Notes under the pieces: generated by a model
The model's database searches: none
What the model saw: only the letters and a program-made list of their open reading frames with translations
Told to the model about the DNA's origin: nothing
From: a virus
Reading direction: 5' to 3' (one strand)
Virus record (IMG/VR): IMGVR_UViG_3300042868_012782
Span: 18,771-82,770 of that record
DNA length: 64,000 nt
Position numbers and translations under genes: made by a program
Shown: piece after piece, positions 34,725-43,339 of the stretch
How positions within the stretch are numbered: the stretch's first letter is position 1
How the letters are laid out: every line of letters begins with the position of its first letter

Positions 34725-36813
34725 AGACAAAGACAAGGAAAAGCTCGACTTCACTAAGGAGGTCACGAAGCAGTTTGGCAATGGAGTAATACTTTCCGCT
34801 AGGGACATGATTGGTTTAGATGAAGAGAGGAAGCAAATTATTCCTTTGGGTCCGGCACTTAACGTGGCGCTGCACGGCGGCATTCCAGAAGGATCTTGGG
34901 TTACGTGTTCTGGCCAGCCGAAGACGGGGAAAGAGCAGCCAGTATCAGCAACTGTCTACACTCCGAGAGGAGCTAGGCAGATTGGAGATCTAAAGCCAGG
35001 CGACATCGTATGTCATCCCGAAGGCACATCTCGTGTTGTCGCAGTTTTCCCCCAAGGCAAAAAAGCTGTCTATAGAGTATATTTTGATAATGGCGATTGG
35101 GCTGAGTGTGGCATTGAACATTTGTGGGAAGTCAGGAACTCTCGCCTGTGCAAGGCACGCAGGAAAGATGTTGTTATGACTTTGGCCGACATCAAAAATT
35201 CTCTTTTTCATCAAGATAAAAGTCACAAGTGGGGAAGAAGACCACGTTGGTCAGTACGTTTGCCAAAGCCAGTCATCTTTCAATCCAAGCGAGTACCAAT
35301 CGACAGCTATGCTCTTGGTCTTTTATTGGGGAATGGCAGCATAACTAATCAGACCATGGCTTTTACGACAATGGACGCTGAACTTTGCTCAGTCATTTCC
35401 GAGAAAGGTAGATGTCATGTTAAGCCAAAACTACAGCGCTATCAGTATAATATAAATCGTAGCTCGCACTTAAAGTCTGTGCTACTCAAGCTTGGACTTC
35501 TTGGGCGGAAGTCTCACACAAAGCATGTCCCAGACATTTATAAATTTAACGATGTTTCAGTCAGGTTGGGCTTGCTTCAAGGCCTAATGGATACTGACGG
35601 TACTGCGGGCAAAAAAGGTGATTGTGAATTCAAAACAGCTTCAATGGCTCTGGCTAGTGACGTCAAGTTTTTAATTCAATCCCTGGGTGGACTATGTACG
35701 GTACGTCCAGTTAGATACGAGTACTCGGGCAAGATGCTGAGGATCTATCGTTGCGCTATTCGCATGCCTGATGCGTCGCTTCTTTTTCGACTTCGACGAA
35801 AGAAAATGCGCTGTCAAAATCGTTCGTCAAGAATTCTGAGGAGAAGAATTGTTGCTGTTGAATATGTAAGGGACGAACAATGCGTTTGCATTAAGGTTGA
35901 TAATCTTGACGGTTTATATTTGACCAATCAATTCATTGTCACCCACAACACTTCGACAGCACTAAGCTTTGCTGCTCAGTGTCAAAAGCCCGAGAATGGA
36001 GATCGCCATGTCTACTATCTCAATATTGAGGGCCGCCTTAAAGAAATGAATTTGAGAGGAACAGCAGGTCTCAATTTCGACAAGATGACTATTTTTAGAT
36101 CTACGCCAGACAAGATTTTGACGGCTAAAGACTACCTGACTCTCGCCATGAAGGTCATCACTAGTCATCCTGGCTCACTAATCATCATTGACTCAGTGAG
36201 CGCATTGTGCGACGAAAAAGAGATGGATGAAGGAATTGGCTATGAAAATAGAGGCGCTGGCAATAAGATTTTTGCTGGATTCTGTCGTCAGGCAGCAAAT
36301 CTTGTGCCCATTCGCAACTGCATTGTCTGGGCCATCATGCACTTGACTCAGTCACAGACTGGATATGGTGGGTATGTGGAAAAAGGGTCAAGAACTCTAC
36401 AGTATCAAGCAGACGTTCAGATGAGGGTTAAGTTTGATCGCCCTTGGAAGGTTGGTGCGGCAGGTGCCGAAAAACAAATTGGGCAGCAGGTCCACTGGTT
36501 GGTAGAGTCGTGCGCGCTTGGACCACCAGGCATGGAAGTCGACTCGTATATTCGATATGGAACGGGAATAGATCATGTGTTTGAGGCAATTAATCTTGGT
36601 GTTCAGCTTGGTCTGATAGGCAAGGCTGGTGCCTGGATGTCGCTAGATTTCATGGAGCGACACCTTGATTTGCTTAAGGCCGAAAAGTGGACAGACGAGA
36701 CAATCAAGCGGACCAAAACCCAAGGCGTTGAGAAACTGTATCGTTTACTTCATGAAAACCCAACGTGGGTATCTGTTTTGGAAAAAGAGATTGCTGTGAT
36801 GCTAAAGCCATGA
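34717..36813 (+). CDS. recA: RecA/UvsX-like recombinase containing an intein
   Basis: LNVALHGGIPEG, Walker A GQPKTGK|T, NIEGR, IIIDSVSAL, YGTGID. Confidence 0.9.
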   Translation: MTKDKDKEKLDFTKEVTKQFGNGVILSARDMIGLDEERKQIIPLGPALNVALHGGIPEGSWVTCSGQPKTGKEQPVSATVYTPRGARQIGDLKPGDIVCHPEGTSRVVAVFPQGKKAVYRVYFDNGDWAECGIEHLWEVRNSRLCKARRKDVVMTLADIKNSLFHQDKSHKWGRRPRWSVRLPKPVIFQSKRVPIDSYALGLLLGNGSITNQTMAFTTMDAELCSVISEKGRCHVKPKLQRYQYNINRSSHLKSVLLKLGLLGRKSHTKHVPDIYKFNDVSVRLGLLQGLMDTDGTAGKKGDCEFKTASMALASDVKFLIQSLGGLCTVRPVRYEYSGKMLRIYRCAIRMPDASLLFRLRRKKMRCQNRSSRILRRRIVAVEYVRDEQCVCIKVDNLDGLYLTNQFIVTHNTSTALSFAAQCQKPENGDRHVYYLNIEGRLKEMNLRGTAGLNFDKMTIFRSTPDKILTAKDYLTLAMKVITSHPGSLIIIDSVSALCDEKEMDEGIGYENRGAGNKIFAGFCRQAANLVPIRNCIVWAIMHLTQSQTGYGGYVEKGSRTLQYQADVQMRVKFDRPWKVGAAGAEKQIGQQVHWLVESCALGPPGMEVDSYIRYGTGIDHVFEAINLGVQLGLIGKAGAWMSLDFMERHLDLLKAEKWTDETIKRTKTQGVEKLYRLLHENPTWVSVLEKEIAVMLKP
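34933..35949 (+). mobile_element. class-3-type intein (339 aa) starting with Glu, LAGLIDADG endonuclease
   Basis: EQPVSATVYTP...CGIEHLWEV...LGLLLGNG...LQGLMDTDG...CVCIKV...IVTHN|T. Confidence 0.92.
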
Positions 36814-37238
36814 GAGTAAAGGGGCTAGACGGTCGCACATACACATGGTCATTCGCAGGGCGTTCAGATGACGGACCAGGTGGGCCAGCACGATCTGGCT
36901 TACATGTTTCAGTCAGGGCTTTTCTGAGAACAATTTATCCGGTCGATCGAATTATGGAAGAGGTCGGATTGCCTGGGTCGAATGGGTTACGCCTTGATTT
37001 TTATCTTCCTCTTCGTCGATTGGCTATAGAAGCGCACGGACAGCAGCACTACCGTTACGTAATGCATTTCCATGGAACTATGATGGGGTTCCTAAGATCT
37101 AGGGAGCGCGATCAGAAAAAACGCGACTGGTGCTCTATCAACGGTATTGATTTGGTTGAGCTTCCATTTTCCGAGAAGCCAGACGACTGGCTGGTGCGCA
37201 TGAATTCTTGTGGCAAGGAGGGAGGCAGTGATGTCTGA
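36810..37238 (+). CDS. Vsr/DUF559-like endonuclease
   Basis: LDFYLP...AIEAHGQQHY...RDQKKRDWC..NGI.LVE. Confidence 0.8.
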   Translation: MRVKGLDGRTYTWSFAGRSDDGPGGPARSGLHVSVRAFLRTIYPVDRIMEEVGLPGSNGLRLDFYLPLRRLAIEAHGQQHYRYVMHFHGTMMGFLRSRERDQKKRDWCSINGIDLVELPFSEKPDDWLVRMNSCGKEGGSDV

Positions 37239-37683
37239 TTCAAGTGCGGCAGTTGATCAAGCTCTTGAAGATTTTGAGAAATCGATCTTTCCTGCCGAAG
37301 GGGAAGGGGCGATGAAATATGTTGCATTATCAAACGAAGAACTACACATGATGTCTGCTGAGGAATGCGGAGAGGCCGCCGTTATGTTGACGTGTCTCGG
37401 TTTTCATATCAGTCGTCAAGGCAACAAGCTGCGGGCTAAAATCCGCTATTGCAATGAGATCATACTCAAAAGTGTTGCTGGTAAGACTAGTAACTATCGA
37501 TATCAGTCTCCCGAAGAACGGATGTCTTTGGCGACTCAAGAAGATGATGGTACGGCAGCAATGAAAAAACATGAGGTAACTCTCTCGTGTCGTCTTGAAA
37601 GGATTGACTACCTCGCATTGCGTTTGGAAAAGGTTGCGGATATGTTCTCGTCATTGGCGGCGACGAAAAGGAGACAGTCATGA
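37231..37683 (+). CDS. helical protein, possibly a UvsY-like recombination mediator
   Basis: All-helical, ~150 aa, between recA and dnaB (context only). Confidence 0.45.
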   Translation: MSDSSAAVDQALEDFEKSIFPAEGEGAMKYVALSNEELHMMSAEECGEAAVMLTCLGFHISRQGNKLRAKIRYCNEIILKSVAGKTSNYRYQSPEERMSLATQEDDGTAAMKKHEVTLSCRLERIDYLALRLEKVADMFSSLAATKRRQS

Positions 37684-38096
37684 GTCAGGAAATTCTTGCC
37701 CAAATGGCAGCAGCTTTAGCAAAAGGCGATTGGGCACTGCTTGCTGATTGTGCTGGCAAAATGGCCCAGGCGAATGCGCCTGAGTCACAGAAGAAAGCAA
37801 CTAAGAAAACGGCGAAGAAGTTAGTTTTGCCCCCCTCTCCTCCACCAGAGACTACTTTTACCAATAGATTTGTAGATGATAGAACGCTTGAGAAAGCGCA
37901 TATCATTTCCGACAAAAAATTACTAAAAGGCATCAAGCCAACCACTCGTCGTCCGCCTTCGGACAACCGTCCTAGGGAAGTATTTTGTCCTAAATGCAAC
38001 AAGCCTCATATGGTTGCCGGATCACTTGTGGCATTGCGTCGAGAAACGGATTCTGGAATTGTATGCCCATCTTGCCTCAGGAGCAATCGACGATGA
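37680..38096 (+). CDS. hypothetical protein with C-terminal Zn finger
   Basis: CPKC...CPSC. Confidence 0.65.
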   Translation: MSQEILAQMAAALAKGDWALLADCAGKMAQANAPESQKKATKKTAKKLVLPPSPPPETTFTNRFVDDRTLEKAHIISDKKLLKGIKPTTRRPPSDNRPREVFCPKCNKPHMVAGSLVALRRETDSGIVCPSCLRSNRR

Positions 38097-39544
38097 ATAG
38101 TGATCCAGCAGCTGAAAGGGCAGTGCTAGCGGCCCTTTATAGGGGTGGACATGATTCCTGGGTAGAAGTTTCAGACATTCTTTCCTCCGATTGTTTTTCG
38201 TGTGGAAACAACAGTATCTATTATCGAATCATGGAGAAAATGCTAGAGGATCCAGGGAGTAAAGCAGACGTCCCATCGTTCATGTCGACTGCTTCAGTGC
38301 TAGGGTTTCCGGATCTACTTAAGGATCAGGAAGAGCAGAAATATTTGCGCGCTCTCACGGTCACGGCCGTAGAATCAAGCAATCTTCGCAAGCAAGCAGC
38401 TCGATTAGTCAAGTTTCGTAAGGCTGCAGAGTTTGCTAGCGTGTTGAGGCGATCAGCCGACCGATTGGATGCTGTAACTGGAGACGAAACGCTAGGTGAG
38501 ATATTAGGTGTTGGCGAAGAGGCAGTATTTAATTTCGTGGGAAATCTAGGAAGCCAGAGTGACACACTCTCTCACATCGGCAAGGACTTAGACGAATATT
38601 TAGAATATCTCGCAGCCAATCCTTCAGACATGATGGGAGTAGGTTCTGGACTTCCGACCTATGATCAGGCGATAGGTGGGGGATTTCAGCGAGGCACTGT
38701 GAATGTGATTGGAGCGCGGCCAAAAACTGGCAAGACGCAGTTGGCAGACAACATAGCCCTTCATGCTGCTGGAAAATTGGGAGTTCCTGTTCTAAATTTA
38801 GACACGGAGATGTCAGCTAAGGAGCACTGGCATCGGATGATCGCCAATCTAGCAGACGTTACTGTTGACAGAATCAAGTCTGGCAAATTTGCCAGCGATC
38901 CATCGGAATCGCGCAGAGTGTACGACGCCAAGGAAAAAATTAAGGCGATGCCGTACCATTATTCCTCAATTGCTGGTCAAGCATTTGAAGAAACTGTCGG
39001 AGTCATGAGAAGGTGGCTGTATAGACACGTTGGCTTTGACGAGTCTGGACAATCCAAGCCATGCCTAATTATTTTTGACTACGTTAAACTTATGGATGAT
39101 CGCTCAATCACCAAGAACGTGAGCGAATTCCAGGCGTTGGGATTCCTCATGACCAATCTGCATAATTTTGCAGTAAAATATCAGGTTCCAGTTCTTGCTT
39201 TTGTTCAATTGAATCGCGATGGGATTAACGCAGAGGACACTAGCACCGCCTCTGGTTCTGATAGGATCATTTGGCTTTGTTCAAACTTCTCTATCTATAA
39301 GTGGAAATCTCAAGAAGAAATGGCTGAAGAAGGCGTAGGTGCAGACGGAGTTCGTTACAATTTGAAGTTAATACCTGTTGTTACTAGGCAGGGTAAGGGA
39401 ATTGAAAGTGGGGACTACATCAATGTCCAAGGACAATACGAATTTGGTCGACTTAGGGAGGGGCCAACCCGCAACGGGGTCCTCCGCACGCGCCCAGGGC
39501 GTTCAGGATTTGACGGATCAACAGCCCAGTCGCCCCAGTTTTGA
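38093..39544 (+). CDS. dnaB: DnaB-like replicative helicase
   Basis: AERAVLA, GARPKTGKT, LDTEMS, IIFDYVKL, VQLNR. Confidence 0.93.
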   Translation: MNSDPAAERAVLAALYRGGHDSWVEVSDILSSDCFSCGNNSIYYRIMEKMLEDPGSKADVPSFMSTASVLGFPDLLKDQEEQKYLRALTVTAVESSNLRKQAARLVKFRKAAEFASVLRRSADRLDAVTGDETLGEILGVGEEAVFNFVGNLGSQSDTLSHIGKDLDEYLEYLAANPSDMMGVGSGLPTYDQAIGGGFQRGTVNVIGARPKTGKTQLADNIALHAAGKLGVPVLNLDTEMSAKEHWHRMIANLADVTVDRIKSGKFASDPSESRRVYDAKEKIKAMPYHYSSIAGQAFEETVGVMRRWLYRHVGFDESGQSKPCLIIFDYVKLMDDRSITKNVSEFQALGFLMTNLHNFAVKYQVPVLAFVQLNRDGINAEDTSTASGSDRIIWLCSNFSIYKWKSQEEMAEEGVGADGVRYNLKLIPVVTRQGKGIESGDYINVQGQYEFGRLREGPTRNGVLRTRPGRSGFDGSTAQSPQF

Positions 39545-40565
39545 TGGTCTACGGGCAATTTCGGGCGTTGCAACTGAATATCTTGAGCAAGTACTATCAT
39601 CACTCGGTTTAGATTACGTTGTGGCAGAAAATGCAGTAGTCCTCCCGTGCCCCGTTCATGGAGGAGACAACCCGACCGGTTGTCGTGCCTATACCAACTC
39701 CGCATTTGGGTATTGGCAATGCCACACTCGTGGGTGCGAGCGCATTTTTCGCGACGACACATTTGGAATGGTGAGAGGCATAATTTCACGACAAAGATAC
39801 AATTGGAACGCAGAGGGTGACAGAAAAGCAACTCTTGGAGAGACAATTTCCTTCATCAGGCGATCGTTGGGAATTAAGGGGGAAGGCCCCAACATAGTTG
39901 TTGATCATTCGCGGCGTGAGTTTGTAAATCAGACTCGTCGTTTAGCAGTTGAGGACGGAGTAGAAGGTAAGTGGTGCCGCAAAACCATACGTAGCAGAAT
40001 GGATGTGCCATCAAGATTCTTTTTGGGTCGTGGATTTTCGTACGAAGTCTTAGATCGATTTGATGTTGGCGAAACTCAGACGGGGCCATTTGCTGGCCGA
40101 GCAGTGGTGCCAGTATATGACCACACTGGACGAATGGCCGTTGGCTTTTCAGCCAGAGCCACAACAACCAATCAGACGCCGAAGTGGCTTCACTCTCGAT
40201 TTTCAAGAGCCAGAATACTTTACAACATGCATTCTGCGTTCCAAGAGGCTCGTCGTACTGGAACGATCATCCTGGTTGAGGGGCCTGCTGATGTCTGGAG
40301 GCTGTGGGAGGCCGGTTATCACAATGCAGCAGCCCTACTGGGTATCTCACTCACAGATGCACAGCAGGTATTGCTGGAAGCGTCAGGAGCCAGCAAGGTT
40401 GTTGTGTTTCTTGACGACGACGAAGCAGGACGCTCGGCAGCCATGAAGATTGTCGGACAGCTATCCCGATGCTTTCGCGTTGTTATTGCACACGCCGGTC
40501 ACGGATTCGACCCCGCCGATCTAACGCCCGCACAACTCAAGGAAATTCTGGAGAGACTGAGATGA
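39423..40565 (+). CDS. dnaG: DnaG-like primase
   Basis: CPVH...WQCHTRGC Zn finger; LVEGPADV; FLDDDEAG (TOPRIM). Confidence 0.9.
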   Translation: MSKDNTNLVDLGRGQPATGSSARAQGVQDLTDQQPSRPSFDGLRAISGVATEYLEQVLSSLGLDYVVAENAVVLPCPVHGGDNPTGCRAYTNSAFGYWQCHTRGCERIFRDDTFGMVRGIISRQRYNWNAEGDRKATLGETISFIRRSLGIKGEGPNIVVDHSRREFVNQTRRLAVEDGVEGKWCRKTIRSRMDVPSRFFLGRGFSYEVLDRFDVGETQTGPFAGRAVVPVYDHTGRMAVGFSARATTTNQTPKWLHSRFSRARILYNMHSAFQEARRTGTIILVEGPADVWRLWEAGYHNAAALLGISLTDAQQVLLEASGASKVVVFLDDDEAGRSAAMKIVGQLSRCFRVVIAHAGHGFDPADLTPAQLKEILERLR

Positions 40566-41203
40566 TCATGGTTGGTATTGCTGGCAGAAAAGGTTCTGGA
40601 AAAGACACTTTGGCGAGCGGCATGCTTACGTGGTGGTTGAAATCTTACGGATTATTGAGGGATGGGAACGTATACCATATGGCTGATGTTCTTAAAAAAA
40701 CATCTGTTGATTTGTTTGGTATATCAAGAACATCTGTTTATGGTAGCCAGCAACAGAAGGATCAACTTACTCAGTATGGGTGGGGCGACATGCCAACATA
40801 CGATATCATGACTGAGCCTCGTCCACCTAGAAACAAAAAAATGACATGCAGAGAATTCCTTCAGTATTTTGGCACCGAAATATGTAGAACAATGAGCCAC
40901 TCTATTCACATAGATGCTACCATGAGAAAAATACATTCCGACGAATCAGAATCTTCGGCGCTTGACTATTTAGTAGTTGTTGCAGATTTACGTTTTCCGA
41001 ACGAGTGTGACGCTATACGCAAATCTGGGGGCAAAATTATTCTTGTGACCCGCGGCGACAACGAGAAAACTGATGAGCACTCTTCAGAAAACTCCTTAGA
41101 TAATTATGAATTTGATGCAATTATTGATAACGCATCTATGAATAAGCACCAACAGCTTGATGCAGCCATTACCTATCTGCGGGAGGCATTCCAATTATCG
41201 TAA
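40562..41203 (+). CDS. deoxynucleoside monophosphate kinase
   Basis: GIAGRKGSGKDT, REFLQYFGTE, DLRFPNE, HSSE. Confidence 0.9.
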   Translation: MIMVGIAGRKGSGKDTLASGMLTWWLKSYGLLRDGNVYHMADVLKKTSVDLFGISRTSVYGSQQQKDQLTQYGWGDMPTYDIMTEPRPPRNKKMTCREFLQYFGTEICRTMSHSIHIDATMRKIHSDESESSALDYLVVVADLRFPNECDAIRKSGGKIILVTRGDNEKTDEHSSENSLDNYEFDAIIDNASMNKHQQLDAAITYLREAFQLS

Positions 41204-42246
41204 CATTCCTCAGATCTAGTTCTGTCGGCAGTTACGGGTGGTGCCCCCACAAATTTTTTATAACCTCCAATCTTGGACATAAGGAGCCTTCTGGAAAAAA
41301 GGCAGAGTCTGGGAACATTGTTCACAAAGCGCTTGAGCTGCTAGCTCGAAAAAAATTAGCTCATCAAAACAAGGAATCGACATTTTCGGATCCTGAAGTA
41401 GAGCGAGAATTTGCTACCGCAACATTTACTCCCGAGATGGCTGTTCAGGCAGGTTGGGATCACTATACCCATTTGGAACGCACTGTTCATCCGTGGACAA
41501 AAGGCGACTTCCAAAAATGTTACAATTGGACCTGGGACGTGCTGCTGTTCAATGATGGGATGTTCTCTCCTGTTAACCGAAACGTGGTCATGCCTGAACA
41601 GTATTTTGAGATTGCTCTTGAGGAAGACTGGGCTAGCTATGAATACGAACTGCCCGACGGTCGAAAATATTCGGGCCAATTAATCCTCAGGGGAACAATG
41701 GATCTTGTTACTCGGGTCGGATCACGAATGATTGAGTATATTGACTGGAAGACTGGTAAGCGTCGATGTTGGATTAAAGACAAGACCAAAGAATACGAAG
41801 ACATGCAAAGCGACTTTCAGCTGCGTCTCTATCACTATGCGTTGTGCAAGCTTTATCCAAACGATGAAATTCTTATGACAATCTACTACATCCAGGACGG
41901 TGGACCATACAGCTTGTGCTACCAGCGCTCGGATTTGCCCGAAACACTACAAATGATTCGTCATGAATTTGAGAAGATAAGATTAGACAACTTGCCTCGC
42001 AGAATCCTTGATCGAGATCCTAATAACTGGAAGTGCCAAAGACTATGTCACTTCTATGATGATGCTCATCCAGACTCTGGTTTGTCGACCTGCCATCACT
42101 TTAGGCAAGAGATATTGCAAATAGGTCTCAGTCGCGTAATCGCCAAGTACGCAAGGGGTGAGCCTTGGGCGGGATATGGTTCTGGCGGTGGCCGAACCGA
42201 TCGACTAGATGAGGGACAGCCTGGCCCCCTACCATCAAGTGCTTGA
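41194..42246 (+). CDS. Cas4-like PD-(D/E)XK exonuclease, probable ATT start
   Basis: FLRSSS...WCP...GNIVHKALE lies upstream of the first ATG (41437); GTMDLV, IDWKTG, QLRLY, C..LC. Confidence 0.8.
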   Translation: MIVTFLRSSSVGSYGWCPHKFFITSNLGHKEPSGKKAESGNIVHKALELLARKKLAHQNKESTFSDPEVEREFATATFTPEMAVQAGWDHYTHLERTVHPWTKGDFQKCYNWTWDVLLFNDGMFSPVNRNVVMPEQYFEIALEEDWASYEYELPDGRKYSGQLILRGTMDLVTRVGSRMIEYIDWKTGKRRCWIKDKTKEYEDMQSDFQLRLYHYALCKLYPNDEILMTIYYIQDGGPYSLCYQRSDLPETLQMIRHEFEKIRLDNLPRRILDRDPNNWKCQRLCHFYDDAHPDSGLSTCHHFRQEILQIGLSRVIAKYARGEPWAGYGSGGGRTDRLDEGQPGPLPSSA

Positions 42247-42279
42247 CTGCGCACAGCAACATTTTTGGGAGCAGCTAGC

Positions 42280-42777
42280 GTGAATGAAGCGTTAAAGATT
42301 GGAAAAAGCGTGGTGCTGAATGAAGCAGAGCAACGCCTTGCGAAATACTTGGCCAAAGCTCGATACGTTAAAAATCGTCAATCTAATACCAATGATGGCA
42401 AGGTTGGTCCCCAAACTTGTGGCGAAACTGATCTCGAAGGCATAGCTGCTGAGATTGCGTTCTGTAAGATGCATAACATCTATCCGGATCTTCAGCTTGA
42501 AGGTCGGCCGCCGCATGATGCAATGCTGGCTGATGGCACAACTGTCGACGTCAAAGCAACAAAGTATAGATCAGGACAGCTTCTGGCTGTTCCCGGTAAA
42601 CTTAACAAGTCCGAAGGACTTGATTCTTATTCGCTCGTGGTGGGCGAATTTCCTGGGCCATATGAGTTCCGGGGTTTCATGAAGAGGGAGGATCTCCTGC
42701 AGCTGGAGCGCCTTACCGATCTGGGCTATGGCCCAACGTATGCTGCTCAGCAAAAGGAATTGAAGGATACGCCATGA
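42280..42777 (+). CDS. restriction-endonuclease-fold-like hypothetical protein
   Basis: GIAAEIAF...D...VDVKAT. Confidence 0.55.
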   Translation: MNEALKIGKSVVLNEAEQRLAKYLAKARYVKNRQSNTNDGKVGPQTCGETDLEGIAAEIAFCKMHNIYPDLQLEGRPPHDAMLADGTTVDVKATKYRSGQLLAVPGKLNKSEGLDSYSLVVGEFPGPYEFRGFMKREDLLQLERLTDLGYGPTYAAQQKELKDTP

Positions 42778-43100
42778 CACTGAACGAATATCAGTTTGAA
42801 GCAAACACAACCGCTATCTATCCCGACAGCGCCGCCTTAACATATCCCACCCTGGGACTGGCCGGTGAGTCTGGCGAGATCTGCAACAAGGTCAAGAAGA
42901 TCATCCGCGACGACAGCGGATTACTTTCTGATTCTAAAAAGCAGGCACTGATCGATGAGCTGGGCGACGTAATGTGGTATGTCGCAGCAATCGCTAAAGA
43001 TCTAAAGGTCACGCTCGCAGAGGTATGTAAGCGCAACCTCGAAAAGTTAAATAGTCGCAGGGAACGCGGCACTTTGGGCGGTAGCGGCGACAACAGATAA
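42774..43100 (+). CDS. mazG: MazG-like nucleoside triphosphate pyrophosphohydrolase
   Basis: LGLAGESGE...KVKK..RD...ELGDVMWY...NLEKL. Confidence 0.9.
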   Translation: MTLNEYQFEANTTAIYPDSAALTYPTLGLAGESGEICNKVKKIIRDDSGLLSDSKKQALIDELGDVMWYVAAIAKDLKVTLAEVCKRNLEKLNSRRERGTLGGSGDNR

Positions 43101-43120
43101 TAGCTGTGACTCACCTTCCC

Positions 43121-43158
43121 ATGATCCCGAAGTTGATTTCGGGATCATTAACTTTTTA
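43121..43158 (+). terminator. probable intrinsic terminator
   Basis: 11-bp perfect stem ATGATCCCGAA/TTCGGGATCAT followed by TAACTTTTT. Confidence 0.65.
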
Positions 43159-43339
43159 CTGTCGCCGATTATTGATTTGGATGACCCCTTGATTATTGTT
43201 CGCAACGAAAGTAGTATCCACGCATAGGGAACTTCGGGGTGGCGCTGGCGGCGTATTTTTCGCTGAGATTCCCCCCCTTCTGGCACACCAGCAGCGCATG
43301 CCAGAATTTTATTTGTAGCCAGTCACGAGGGTTGTTACC

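Noticed and set aside
41194-42246. CRISPR-Cas locus
   Set aside because: Solo Cas4-like nuclease in a replication operon; no cas1/cas2 or array
43156-43299. 47-aa minus-strand ORF in the gap before dnaE
   Set aside because: No clear RBS, against operon direction, no recognisable motif
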